DNA of 64,000 nt from an uncultured Gammaproteobacteria bacterium (GCA_964612595.1 CAZTFB010000002.1:70663-134662); one strand, 5' to 3'; positions 35,622-45,699 are shown, counted from the stretch's first letter. Translations and numbers: made by a program. The notes: generated by a model not told the origin, from the sequence alone.

Positions 35622-36548
35622 TTAAAAAATGTAAATCAATGAAGTGACAATTATACCCCATAAAATCATGGTGATGATGAGCGATTTATCCTGCGTTATT
35701 ATCTTCTCTGGGGCTTCGCCTTGCTCCTTTTCATATAAGAGTTGTGCGTACCTCGAGATGCCATAAACAACCAATGGGATAGTTATCATCAGCCATTTTC
35801 TTGCCTCAAAGTCAGCTAGGACAACTGAAAATGCCTCTGAAAAATTTGTTTGAATGAGTGGGGTTTCAAGAAAGGTGTACAGTGAGTACGATGTTATGGT
35901 CATTGTCGCAAAGGTGCTGGTCATAAAAAGCAACAGTGTTTCTTTATAGGTTGAAAGCGTCGATCGTGTTGATGTGCCGTGGTTGACAAGCTCTGCATGA
36001 CGTTTCACTGATGCCACGAAGAGAGATGCAAAAAAGATTGTTAGGATAAGCCAGATCTGAATATGGTACCCACTAATTAACTGCCCAGCAAATGCGCGGA
36101 GCATGAAAGAGAATGATATGGCGAAGATATCGAGGACCGGTTTTTGTTTAAAGTAAAGAGAGTAAAAAAAATGGAGCAATAAAAACAAAAAGGCTACAAA
36201 AAAGAACGGAATTGAGAAGAAAAGTGAAAGAATGAGCGATGTTAGTGTAAGAATAAATACGACAAATGTACCATCAGGAATTGAGAGTTGGCCTGCCGCA
36301 ATAGGTCTTTTGCTTTTTGCTGGATGTTTTTTATCGAATGGATAATCGATAATGTCATTCAGTATGTACGATGTTGAAGACAACATACAGAGGAGCAAAA
36401 AACCGATTGAGGTTCTAAAAAATAAGAATGGATCAAAGAGTTGGCCTGCGAACAATATTGCTGTATAGACAACAAGATTCTTTACCCATTGGTTTGGGCG
36501 GGCAGCAATAAGTACGTACTTAAGTTTTTGTAGGCTCACCTTAGGATA
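35622..36548 (-). CDS. UbiA-family prenyltransferase (decaprenyl-phosphate phosphoribosyltransferase-like)
   Basis: RPNQWVKNLVV and NDIIDYPFDKKHPAKSKRPIAAG motifs. About 8 TM helices. Confidence 0.7.
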   Translation of the reverse strand, partial: YPKVSLQKLKYVLIAARPNQWVKNLVVYTAILFAGQLFDPFLFFRTSIGFLLLCMLSSTSYILNDIIDYPFDKKHPAKSKRPIAAGQLSIPDGTFVVFILTLTSLILSLFFSIPFFFVAFLFLLLHFFYSLYFKQKPVLDIFAISFSFMLRAFAGQLISGYHIQIWLILTIFFASLFVASVKRHAELVNHGTSTRSTLSTYKETLLLFMTSTFATMTITSYSLYTFLETPLIQTNFSEAFSVVLADFEARKWLMITIPLVVYGISRYAQLLYEKEQGEAPEKIITQDKSLIITMILWGIIVTSLIYIF

Positions 36549-36599
36549 CATTATACAGTCCAACTGTACTTTGTGCCATTAGTACAAATTACAGTTGGA

Positions 36600-37175
36600 C
36601 TAAAATGGAAGAGTAAGATTTACATCTTGTGAGGCCTTTGGACTTATGTGTGGCTCCCAATATACCGTCATAAACCGCTTGCCTGCTGGGGTATTGTAAT
36701 ATACCTTGTGTTCTTTGAGGCCGTAATCGAATAATTCTTTGGTAAGCCGTACGTCATCAAGACAATATTGCTTTAATTCTTCCCACATTCCCTTTCTATA
36801 ATATGTAATCGCTTGTAGGCCGTTACCTGACTTCCCTTCTCCAAGAGTAGCCTTAACAACCTCATCGAGACTAATTCGTCTTCCTAAAATTCTTTTAATA
36901 TCAGACAAAATATCGAAGGATTTAAATTGTGTAACATCGCCAGGGTAGTACGCTTGAAGAACAGGAAGATCAAAACCGTCTGAGTTATAACCTATGACGA
37001 CAGACGCATTTTCTAACAATACAAAGAGCTCGCCAAGCTCTTCTTCTAAGAAAGTTTTGTACGTATCGGTTTTATAGTCATACGCCCCAACAACTGAAAT
37101 TCCAAGATCCTTATGGTTTGGGGCTTCACGAAATGTTTTTTTTGTTTCAATATCAAATATTACCGGTGCGCGCAT
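36600..37175 (-). CDS. RNase H-fold 3'-5' exonuclease-like protein
   Basis: FDIET, GYNSDGFDLPVL and YCLDDV acidic motifs (DEDD-like). Confidence 0.5.
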   Translation of the reverse strand: MRAPVIFDIETKKTFREAPNHKDLGISVVGAYDYKTDTYKTFLEEELGELFVLLENASVVIGYNSDGFDLPVLQAYYPGDVTQFKSFDILSDIKRILGRRISLDEVVKATLGEGKSGNGLQAITYYRKGMWEELKQYCLDDVRLTKELFDYGLKEHKVYYNTPAGKRFMTVYWEPHISPKASQDVNLTLPF

Positions 37176-37196
37176 AGAATTTTGAATGTTGAAATA

Positions 37197-37589
37197 TCAG
37201 TTAACAACGGTGTCCGTAAATAGATCTTTGAACACTTCGATTTTGAGTAGTTGTTTTTTTGAAAGTTTATTGCGTTTCTGAATTGATTCGCGAATATGAT
37301 CTTCTGCCTGTGTCTCCATCTTTTTTAGATAGTCAATAAGCCTGTCCTGATCATCCTCTTCTAGGTCGTAAATTGAACTATTTATTATTTCGTCAATCTT
37401 TCCAATCTTCCACAACGACCGCACAACTTCATCATGCATTTTGGCAATGGTAGAAATGTCGCCGACGAGCGGTCGGATTTTGAATCCCATCATTTGGATG
37501 TCACGAACCATCGCCTCAAGCGACAATCCCTGCTCCTCGACTTCACTATGGATTTGTTTTATAATATCGAAAGCAGTTCTTCGTCTCAT
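37197..37589 (-). CDS. hypothetical protein
   Basis: 130-aa ORF, helical and charged, with no recognisable motif. Confidence 0.35.
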   Translation of the reverse strand: MRRRTAFDIIKQIHSEVEEQGLSLEAMVRDIQMMGFKIRPLVGDISTIAKMHDEVVRSLWKIGKIDEIINSSIYDLEEDDQDRLIDYLKKMETQAEDHIRESIQKRNKLSKKQLLKIEVFKDLFTDTVVN

Positions 37590-37616
37590 AGGTTAAGTTG
37601 GTGTAACAATCATAAT

Positions 37617-38057
37617 ATGCTTAAGGCAAAAATTCAACAGGACCTCATCACAGCAATGAAGGCAAAAGATCAAGATAAGGTTGAGGCCTTACGACTTGTT
37701 ATATCTGATATTAAGAATAAGGAAATCGACACCAAACAAGATCTCACTGATGATAACGTTGTAAAGCTCATTCGTTCCACTATTAAAAAACTTAATGAGG
37801 CAGCTGATATGTTTGCACAAGGTGGGCGCGACGATCTTGTACAACAAAACCTTGCCCAGGCTCGTATGTATGCTGATTATGTTCCCGCAGACTTAACCGA
37901 TGAAGTTTTGGCTGAAAAAGTTGCTGCAGTTATGAGCGAAAATAAAGTTCTATTTACTGAAAATCCTAAACTCGTCATGCCAATTGTAATGAAAGAGCTT
38001 TCAGGACAAGCCGATCCCCAACGCATCATAGCTGAGATAAAAAAACATACACAATAA
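37617..38057 (+). CDS. GatB/YqeY domain protein
   Basis: MLKAKIQQDLITAMKAKDQDKVEALRLVISDIKNKEID is the typical YqeY N-terminus. Start moved from 37434. Confidence 0.8.
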   Translation: MLKAKIQQDLITAMKAKDQDKVEALRLVISDIKNKEIDTKQDLTDDNVVKLIRSTIKKLNEAADMFAQGGRDDLVQQNLAQARMYADYVPADLTDEVLAEKVAAVMSENKVLFTENPKLVMPIVMKELSGQADPQRIIAEIKKHTQ

Positions 38058-38058
38058 T

Positions 38059-38850
38059 ATGTCTCTGTACTTACAGATTTTTTCTGTCACGTTCTCGGAG
38101 TACTTTGCCTATCGCCTTAATTTTGTGCTTTGGAGAATGCGTTCCTTCTTTGGATTGATTATCCGCTACTACCTCTGGCTTGCTGTTTATGAAAGCACAA
38201 GTCATATATTTGGTTATTCTGAAAGCCAGATGTTGACATACGTACTACTCTCGACAATTATATCGGGTTTTGTTTTATCAACAAGAACGCCTGATATTGC
38301 AGGCCAGATTCTTAATGGCGACATCATAAATTTTCTTCTCAAACCGTTTTCCTTTTTTGGTTATTTTTTAACACGAGATTTTGTTGACAAGCTGTTCAAT
38401 GTTGTTTTTTCTGTTTTCGAGGTTTTGCTACTTTATTTTATCTTAAAGCCCCAAATATATATTAATACTGGTTGGGAAGCCTGGGTTGCACTTATTGCAC
38501 TCACAGCACTCGGTTGTCTTATTGCATTCAATATAAACGTGCTTATCTCGTTTATTGCGTTCTGGTCACCCGAAGTTTGGGCGCCGCGCTTCATATTTTT
38601 CATTCTCGTCATGTTTTTCTCAGGTGGATTTTTCCCTTTAGATATACTTCCTCCACCTATTTATAAGCTTTTATTGCTCACTCCATTTCCATATTTCTAT
38701 TTTGTCCCAACAAAATTGTACTTAGGTTACTCAAATCCAGAGCTTCTTGGCTACGCTATGGCGACGGTTTGTTGGACATTTTTAAGTTCATATATCGTTG
38801 TGTACGTGTGGAAGAAAGGATTAAGGGGTTATAGTTTTTATGGGCGATAA
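38059..38850 (+). CDS. ABC-2-type transporter permease
   Basis: 263 aa with 6 hydrophobic helices, adjacent to a paralogous permease. Confidence 0.6.
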   Translation: MSLYLQIFSVTFSEYFAYRLNFVLWRMRSFFGLIIRYYLWLAVYESTSHIFGYSESQMLTYVLLSTIISGFVLSTRTPDIAGQILNGDIINFLLKPFSFFGYFLTRDFVDKLFNVVFSVFEVLLLYFILKPQIYINTGWEAWVALIALTALGCLIAFNINVLISFIAFWSPEVWAPRFIFFILVMFFSGGFFPLDILPPPIYKLLLLTPFPYFYFVPTKLYLGYSNPELLGYAMATVCWTFLSSYIVVYVWKKGLRGYSFYGR

Positions 38851-38856
38851 GCAGAC

Positions 38857-39648
38857 ATGAACAAGTTTAAAAAATATGCAAAAATTTTCTGGATTCTCTC
38901 TAAATATTCTATTGCTACATCAACCCAAAGTAAGATTTCGACATTGCTATTTACTATCGCAAAACTTATCCGATTCGGGATGTTTTTCTTTTTTATCTAT
39001 TATCTCATTGCCCATACTAAAACAATAAAGGGCTATTCCGTAGATCAAGCACTTATATTTTTCCTCACTTTTAACATTATCGACTCCCTTTCTCAGGCTC
39101 TATTTAGAGAAGTGTATCGATTTAGACAGATGGTTGTCTCGGGAGAACTTAATACTGTGCTCGTAAAGCCGTATCCAATCCTCTTACGCGTTCTTGTTGG
39201 AGGTGTTGATCCCATGGATCTTGTTATTTCGTTAGGCTATGTTGTGCTGGCAATATACATGATCGGTATATCGCCGTTTACAACAGCGCTTTCTATTGGG
39301 CTTTATAGCGGTCTTATTCTTAATTCGCTCATACTTGCCACTGCATTTCATATTGCCGTTCTAGGGTTTGCTATAATGACGACAGAAATCGATCACAGCA
39401 TACTTATTTATCGTGATCTTACTTCTGCCGGCAGGTTTCCTTTAGAAATCTATCGTGAGCCGATTCGTTCATTCTTAACGTTTATCGTGCCGGTTGGTGT
39501 AATGATGTCATTTCCTTCCCAAGCCTTGTTTGGTACGCTCAGTCTTCTTCAGGGAACCGTTGGTATTGTTTTATCGTTTGGAGCACTGTGGCTTTCACTT
39601 CGATTTTGGCGCTCTGCACTAAGGTCGTATCAAAGCTGGGGAGGATGA
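38857..39648 (+). CDS. ABC-2-type transporter permease
   Basis: 263 aa with 6 hydrophobic helices. The likely partner ATPase is 13 kb away at 24834-25814. Confidence 0.6.
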   Translation: MNKFKKYAKIFWILSKYSIATSTQSKISTLLFTIAKLIRFGMFFFFIYYLIAHTKTIKGYSVDQALIFFLTFNIIDSLSQALFREVYRFRQMVVSGELNTVLVKPYPILLRVLVGGVDPMDLVISLGYVVLAIYMIGISPFTTALSIGLYSGLILNSLILATAFHIAVLGFAIMTTEIDHSILIYRDLTSAGRFPLEIYREPIRSFLTFIVPVGVMMSFPSQALFGTLSLLQGTVGIVLSFGALWLSLRFWRSALRSYQSWGG

Positions 39649-39684
39649 ACTTGAACTTAGAAATTCGTGTGTTAGAATGACGGT

Positions 39685-40755
39685 ATGCACATTCGTAAAG
39701 ATGTTGGTCTTACGTTCGATGATGTGCTTCTTGTACCAAAAAAAACTTCTATAGCATCTCGCAGCGATGTTACTATCTCCTCTCGATTTAGCAAGAACAT
39801 CGCGCTTGAAATGCCAATTATTTCGGCAAATATGGATACTGTGACAGAAAGCACAATGGCTATTGCCCTTGCTGAAGCTGGTGGCATAGGTATTATCCAT
39901 AGGTTTCTTTCCATCGAAGATCAGGCCAAGGAGATAAAAAAAGTTGCTAAAAAGGGATGTGTTGTTGGTGCTGCAATTGGCGTAAAGGGCGATTATGCAG
40001 AGCGCGCGGACGCCGTTATTAAGGCGGGTGCGCGCGCGCTTGTCCTAGATATTGCACATGGCCATAGTATATATCTACTAAAGGTCCTGACTGAGTTGAA
40101 AAGAAAATATAAAAAGATCGATATTGTTGCAGGTAATGTTGCTACATACGAAGGAGCCCTTGAGCTCATAAAGCATGGTGCTGATGGTATTAAGGTCGGG
40201 ATTGGACCAGGCTCCATTTGTATTACGCGGCTCGTTGCGGGTGCTGGAGTGCCTCAACTTACCGCAGTAATCGATGCAGTTCGAGCTGCAAAAAAATATG
40301 GTGTGCCTATTATTGCTGATGGGGGTATTCGTAGGTCAGGTGATATTGTAAAAGCACTTGCCGCAGGGGCATCGTCGGTTATGATGGGATCTATTTTTGC
40401 TGCGTGCAAAGAAAGTCCCAGTTTGTTATTTGAAAAAGATGGGAGAAAATTTAAGCTGACGCGAGGAATGGCTTCATCGGCTGCATATAAAGCGAAACAA
40501 AAAAGTCATGCTAAAGCTTCTGATGGAAATGGAAGTGAGGAAATAAAGAATTATACAGCTGAGGGTGTTGAGGCAATTGTGCCATATAAGGGACCTGTCA
40601 ACAATATTCTCCTTGAGCTTTCGGGCGGAATACGTTCCGGGTTTTCATATTGTGGTGCAAAAAACATACAAGAATTATGGGAGAAGGCAGAATTTGTACG
40701 CATTACCCCTAACGGTTTGGCAGAATCGCATCCTCACGACGTGCTTGCAGTATAA
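39685..40755 (+). CDS. IMP dehydrogenase/GMP reductase family protein (no CBS insert)
   Basis: [20 protein letters not shown] and the [11 protein letters not shown] catalytic loop. 356 aa. Confidence 0.8.
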   Translation: MHIRKDVGLTFDDVLLVPKKTSIASRSDVTISSRFSKNIALEMPIISANMDTVTESTMAIALAEAGGIGIIHRFLSIEDQAKEIKKVAKKGCVVGAAIGVKGDYAERADAVIKAGARALVLDIAHGHSIYLLKVLTELKRKYKKIDIVAGNVATYEGALELIKHGADGIKVGIGPGSICITRLVAGAGVPQLTAVIDAVRAAKKYGVPIIADGGIRRSGDIVKALAAGASSVMMGSIFAACKESPSLLFEKDGRKFKLTRGMASSAAYKAKQKSHAKASDGNGSEEIKNYTAEGVEAIVPYKGPVNNILLELSGGIRSGFSYCGAKNIQELWEKAEFVRITPNGLAESHPHDVLAV

Positions 40756-40781
40756 TACCTGTAATATTTTCTTCATTTCAT

Positions 40782-42050
40782 ATGAAATACTTTGTAAAAA
40801 CTTTTGGATGCCAACAGAATGTTGCTGATTCTGAACGTGTGGAGGCGCGCCTGCAGGCGCGCGGAATGACACCTGCGTCTTCGTACGAAGACGCAGATCA
40901 GATTGTCATCAACACGTGTATGGTACGCGAGTCTGCAGAAAACCGCGTCTATGGTTTGGTTGATAATCTAAGCAAACTGAAAGAGAAAAAACCAACACTC
41001 AAGATTGTGGTGACAGGCTGTATGGTTGGTGTGGCATTTCGTGACAAAACCGGCAAGGTGTTAAAAAAAATCAAAAAAGCCATGCCTGCTGTCGATGAGT
41101 TTATGCCTATCGAAGAGGTGGGATTTGATTTCGCACCTGTGCGTACGAGCAAGACTGCTGCGTGGGTTCCTATCTCAAATGGGTGCAATAATTTTTGCAC
41201 CTTTTGTATTGTGCCCTTTACGCGCGGGAGGGAAGTTTCCCGCCCATATGAAGATATAATTGAAGAGTGCAAAGAACTTAGAAAAGATGGGTACAAAGAA
41301 GTTACGCTTCTTGGACAAAACGTAAATTCATACGGTGCTGATCTTATCGTTGGAGAAAAGAATATTCAAGTGATGCGCGATCTCCCCGATAAGACATATT
41401 TCGATGAGAAGGCCGTGGAGCCCCAGACACGATCTAAAAAAGCCACGGGCTTCTCGGTCAATGGTCGTACCATAGAACCAGTATATGTAAAACATCTTGG
41501 TAGATTACGTATTCCAACTCTTTTCCCCCATCTTCTCGATGAGATCGCGCAGATGGGATTCGAGCGTGTGGATTTTGTATCCTCAAACCCATGGGATTTT
41601 TCTGATGAAGTTATTGAGGTAATGGCACGTAACCCAAACATAACACGCGTCCTCCACCTCCCCCTTCAACATGGAGATAACAATGTTCTCAAGCGCATGA
41701 ATCGTTGGTATACTCGTGAGGAATATATGACAATCATCGATAAAATACGTTCAAAAATCCCCGATATGAAATTCACAACCGACATCATTGTTGGGTTTTG
41801 CGGAGAAACACCTGAAGAGTTCGAAAGTACCGTCGATATATGTAAAAAAGTGGGTTTTTATAAAGCATATGTCGCTATGTATTCACAAAGACCTATGACT
41901 GCGGCAACAAAAATAATGGCTGATGATGTGCCGCATGCAGAAAAAAAGCGCCGATGGCAGGTCTTAGAAAAGCTTATCAACAAGCCCCACCTCGAGTCCT
42001 TTGGAGAGGAACAATACCATATGCACAAAAAAACAAGCTATGCACATTGA
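40782..42050 (+). CDS. miaB: tRNA methylthiotransferase MiaB-like (radical SAM)
   Basis: N-terminal TFGCQQNVADSE, the radical-SAM CNNFCTFC cluster, and the MTTase domain order. Confidence 0.8.
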   Translation: MKYFVKTFGCQQNVADSERVEARLQARGMTPASSYEDADQIVINTCMVRESAENRVYGLVDNLSKLKEKKPTLKIVVTGCMVGVAFRDKTGKVLKKIKKAMPAVDEFMPIEEVGFDFAPVRTSKTAAWVPISNGCNNFCTFCIVPFTRGREVSRPYEDIIEECKELRKDGYKEVTLLGQNVNSYGADLIVGEKNIQVMRDLPDKTYFDEKAVEPQTRSKKATGFSVNGRTIEPVYVKHLGRLRIPTLFPHLLDEIAQMGFERVDFVSSNPWDFSDEVIEVMARNPNITRVLHLPLQHGDNNVLKRMNRWYTREEYMTIIDKIRSKIPDMKFTTDIIVGFCGETPEEFESTVDICKKVGFYKAYVAMYSQRPMTAATKIMADDVPHAEKKRRWQVLEKLINKPHLESFGEEQYHMHKKTSYAH

Positions 42051-42552
42051 GGAGGCATTTGTCTTTTGTCCTCGTTGTGGACAAAAACTAACGGCGCATT
42101 TCGGCGGGTTTCCTGTATGTAAACATTGTGGGCTTCACTTTTATAACAATCCACGACCCACCACAACTGTAATAATTTTCGATGCCAATCAACACATCTT
42201 ACTAACAAAACGTGGCATTGAACCCTTTAAGGGCTTCTGGGACCTTCCGGGAGGGTTTGTTGTTGTAAACGAAAGTATTACCGCATCAGCAAAAAGAGAA
42301 ATCAGGGAAGAGCTTTCTGTGGAAATCGATATAGATCATATCTTTGGTGCCATACCCGATGAGTACGAATATCAAGGGATTATCTACCCTACACTATCAA
42401 CCATTATGTCAGCACATATTATCTCAGGAAACTTGAAGGCACAAGATGATGTTGCGGATTTTGCATTTATTTCTCCGCGAGACGCTCTAAAGAAAGACTT
42501 GGCATTTATGAGTATACCCACAGCGATAAAGATAGCCACCGGCATTGAATAA
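42040..42552 (+). CDS. NUDIX hydrolase with N-terminal zinc ribbon
   Basis: CPRCG...CKHCG ribbon and a NUDIX box GGFVVVNESITASAKREIREELS. Confidence 0.75.
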   Translation: MHIEEAFVFCPRCGQKLTAHFGGFPVCKHCGLHFYNNPRPTTTVIIFDANQHILLTKRGIEPFKGFWDLPGGFVVVNESITASAKREIREELSVEIDIDHIFGAIPDEYEYQGIIYPTLSTIMSAHIISGNLKAQDDVADFAFISPRDALKKDLAFMSIPTAIKIATGIE

Positions 42553-42582
42553 TTCCCGCATAATTACCGATTTATTAACGCA
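42553..42582. repeat. 30-bp perfect direct repeat, copy 1
   Basis: TTCCCGCATAATTACCGATTTATTAACGCA is identical to 43851-43880. Contains the stop codon of the oxidoreductase gene. Confidence 0.95.
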
Positions 42583-43859
42583 CTGACTTCTCTACCAAGC
42601 TTAATCGCATAGTTCGTACCCCTATCGTAGGGATACGTCATATCAAGATTGGCAATAAATAAATTGGGAATAGGTGTCGTGTAGTCGGGTTTATTATGCA
42701 CAAAAGTAGCGTCAAAGATGGGTTGGGCGAATGGACCGGTGAAATCGTAGGATGAAATCACCTTAAACTTATTATCAATAAATTTCCTGAGCTCGGACAC
42801 AACCTCCTTGCTAAAATCAGCTTCTGAAAGCTTCATAACTCTGTCATTACGCTCTAGATAGTAGCCTACGTATGCGATGTGGTGATTATTGTAGTGCTTC
42901 TTATCGACAAAATTTGTGTGCTGAGCAACCAACATGAGTGGAATCTTGTCGGTACAAATATTAAGCCAGTAGGTTTTATCGAGGAGGGGAACGTCGGTTT
43001 CTAATATTAAAACTCGAGCATGAAGGTAGTGTAGGTTTTGAATTTTTTTCAAGTATTCTTGGGGAAGAATTGTTGATGCCACCTTGGCTAAAACGGGGGA
43101 AGGTAACGTAGAGATAACCATATCAAAAGCTTCTCCATCTATAATGAATTGTTCGCCATTCTTCTCCATTTTTGTAATTTCATATCCCTTGCGAATATCC
43201 ACCTTTGCTTTGACATTAATGCTCTCTAAATGTTCTATAAAGCTCTGGAAGCCGCCAACCATATACCCCAAGTCTTTGGTTCTTTTATGAATCCTCGCCC
43301 ACAAAAACGAAGCAAGTATTTTTCCCGCATATTTACCGTACTTTTTCTGAAAAAGCTGTTGGAAAAAGACTTCCCACATATTGTCACCCATATAACTACG
43401 GACGAACTGCTCAGCGGAAATCGTTTCATAATAACGAAAGAACGGAAACACCTTAAGGACACCTAGTCCTAAAGCGCCTCTTAATTTATCAAGAGGGTTA
43501 AGAAGGGGTAATTTTAAGAAATCGAGTGGGGAATCAACAGGATATGTTTTAAAACCGTCTTGCGTCGAGTAAAGTGAGTCCGTGTGTGGTTCACTAAAAT
43601 ATATATCGTTAAACCCTATCTCTTTTGCAAAGTTAATGATATCTGAATCATTAGAGAAAAGATGGTGATAGGCTTTCTCAAGTGGCCAATCCCATCCTTT
43701 GCCTTTAAATCCTATTGCGAGACCGCCCAGTACAGGGGCCTTCTCGAATAAGGTAACGCTGTGGTTATTCGATGCTAGTTCGTAAGCAGCTGTCAAGCCT
43801 GTCAGACCCCCACCGAGCACAGCTATTTTTTGTTTTTTCTCAATATCTTTTTCCCGCAT
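42564..43859 (-). CDS. FAD-dependent oxidoreductase (amine oxidase/phytoene desaturase-like)
   Basis: KIAVLGGGLTGLTAAYEL dinucleotide-binding motif. Start ATG 43859 (MREKD) lies inside repeat copy 2. Confidence 0.7.
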   Translation of the reverse strand: MREKDIEKKQKIAVLGGGLTGLTAAYELASNNHSVTLFEKAPVLGGLAIGFKGKGWDWPLEKAYHHLFSNDSDIINFAKEIGFNDIYFSEPHTDSLYSTQDGFKTYPVDSPLDFLKLPLLNPLDKLRGALGLGVLKVFPFFRYYETISAEQFVRSYMGDNMWEVFFQQLFQKKYGKYAGKILASFLWARIHKRTKDLGYMVGGFQSFIEHLESINVKAKVDIRKGYEITKMEKNGEQFIIDGEAFDMVISTLPSPVLAKVASTILPQEYLKKIQNLHYLHARVLILETDVPLLDKTYWLNICTDKIPLMLVAQHTNFVDKKHYNNHHIAYVGYYLERNDRVMKLSEADFSKEVVSELRKFIDNKFKVISSYDFTGPFAQPIFDATFVHNKPDYTTPIPNLFIANLDMTYPYDRGTNYAIKLGREVSALINR

Positions 43860-43880
43860 AATTACCGATTTATTAACGCA
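43851..43880. repeat. 30-bp perfect direct repeat, copy 2
   Basis: Identical to 42553-42582. Contains the start codon of the oxidoreductase gene. Confidence 0.95.
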
Positions 43881-43887
43881 GAGATCT

Positions 43888-44421
43888 TCACAACAGCGCA
43901 AGACAGTGTGGGACCCATGGTGCATATATATTAGATGCTAAAAACTTTGGGTCTTTAACTTTTTCAACAGGAACAACAGAATACCCATACGCAAATTCCA
44001 AATTTGGTTCAGGAATATGATCGATTTCTACGGTATAAAAATAACAAACTTCATGTTCACCGAAATCACTATTTGAATCGTCGGCTTGATAATATGCAGA
44101 ACCTTTATTTATGAGTGGAGAAGTTAGTTGGTCCTTTTTAACATGCCATTCACGCTCGAAAGCTCGATACACCGCGTCTTCGGTCGGCTCAATCTCATCC
44201 CCAATAAAAAGTGGATGAGATGAGCAGGTTAAATCAAATACAGAATCGAATAACACATGTTTTCTATGCTGAAGTATGACTTGACCATCAAATAAAAGGC
44301 ATGCAGTAAATGCTCTGTGGAGAATTTGTTTTTCGTGCGCTTCCCAACGCTCTATTTTTCCAATAATGTTATCTTCTTTGTCGACTTGAGCAAGATATTG
44401 TTTTTCAGCATAATAGTCCAT
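43888..44421 (-). CDS. idi: isopentenyl-diphosphate delta-isomerase type 1-like (NUDIX fold)
   Basis: GKIERWEAHEKQILHRAFTACLLFDGQVILQHR pattern of type 1 IDI. Confidence 0.6.
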   Translation of the reverse strand: MDYYAEKQYLAQVDKEDNIIGKIERWEAHEKQILHRAFTACLLFDGQVILQHRKHVLFDSVFDLTCSSHPLFIGDEIEPTEDAVYRAFEREWHVKKDQLTSPLINKGSAYYQADDSNSDFGEHEVCYFYTVEIDHIPEPNLEFAYGYSVVPVEKVKDPKFLASNIYAPWVPHCLALL

Positions 44422-44464
44422 GTCTGTATTCTAACATAGCGGCTACTTCAGTTATAATAGGGTC

Positions 44465-45577
44465 ATGAACAGAGACTTTCCTGTAAAACTAGCTCTCATT
44501 TCTGTATTGCTCTTTGAATTATTTCTGCTGTTTGGTAATCCGGTTAAAGCTCAGGTTGTATGTTCAAATAGGGATGATTGCCAGAATAAAATAAAAGAGT
44601 ATGAGTCAAAGCTCAGCGCCACGCGAGAAGCTAAAGGAAATTTAACCTCACAAATTCAGCTCACAAACACCAAGGTTGAGCTTGCACAAGTACGCATACA
44701 AAAAACCCAACACGATATTGAGGCAACTCAGAATGAAATTGCCCAATTAACTGGAAAGATTGAGCAGCTCAACACCACACTAGATCATTTGAGCGAAATT
44801 CTGCTGCAAAAAATTGTCGAAGGGTATAAAAACAAGGAAGCGAGCATTCTCGATATTCTGCTCTCCCCAGAGGCATCAACCCTCACAAATCAACTCAAAT
44901 ATATCCAGATAGCTCAAGAAAACGATCGTCTTCTTGCACTTCGTACTCAACAAGTAAAAGTAAATTTCTCTGAACAAAAAACGCTTCGCGAAGATAAAAA
45001 GGTTGATCTTGAAAAGCTCGAGAAAGATTTAGAGGCACAGAGAGTAGAGTTGAAGAACCAGATTGCTCAAAAAAACGCGCTTCTTGAGCAAACAAAGAGT
45101 GACGAAAAAAAATACCAACAATTGTTGAGTCAGGCATTGGCAGAATTTCAGGCGGTAAACAAAGCTATTGAGACAGGACAAAAAGTGGGTGAGGTTAAAA
45201 AGGGTGATCCAATAGCACTGATTGGCAATACAGGATATCCTCATTGCTCAACTGGAGCACACCTGCATCTTGAGGTGCGCAAGGGTGGCACATGGACAGA
45301 TCCAGGCGCATATTTGGGAAGCAGTTGGGATTGGCCAATTAGTCAACCTATTGAAATTACACAGGGGTATGGAGTGACGCCATGGTCATGGCGTTACTCA
45401 TATAGCGGAGGCATACATACAGGGTACGATATGGTGAGTAGGAGCAGTGAGGTGATACGTGCAGTAGCTGACGGCACCCTCTACTCATCCTCGCAGAATT
45501 GTAGCGGCTCGATCATAAAGATTAAATACATTGACCACGGGAACGACCTCATGAGCTTCTATCTGCATGTGCAATAG
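44465..45577 (+). CDS. M23-family peptidoglycan endopeptidase with N-terminal coiled coil
   Basis: Signal peptide, about 230 aa of coiled coil, and the GNTGYPHCSTGAHLHLEV M23 motif. Confidence 0.8.
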   Translation: MNRDFPVKLALISVLLFELFLLFGNPVKAQVVCSNRDDCQNKIKEYESKLSATREAKGNLTSQIQLTNTKVELAQVRIQKTQHDIEATQNEIAQLTGKIEQLNTTLDHLSEILLQKIVEGYKNKEASILDILLSPEASTLTNQLKYIQIAQENDRLLALRTQQVKVNFSEQKTLREDKKVDLEKLEKDLEAQRVELKNQIAQKNALLEQTKSDEKKYQQLLSQALAEFQAVNKAIETGQKVGEVKKGDPIALIGNTGYPHCSTGAHLHLEVRKGGTWTDPGAYLGSSWDWPISQPIEITQGYGVTPWSWRYSYSGGIHTGYDMVSRSSEVIRAVADGTLYSSSQNCSGSIIKIKYIDHGNDLMSFYLHVQ

Positions 45578-45606
45578 AAGACCGCAACCTCACGAGGTTC
45601 GTGGCC
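45578..45606 (+). repeat. imperfect hairpin element AAGACCGCAACCTCACGAGGTTCGTGGCC
   Basis: 24/29 identical to 10326-10354. Begins right after the TAG stop of the M23 gene. Confidence 0.7.
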
Positions 45607-45699
45607 TAATGAGAATGCGCCCTTCGATTATGAGCCGTAGCCCACAATCTCCAGGCGCTTATCCTCGCACAGGCAAGAGCTCAGGCCTCGACCGTCATG

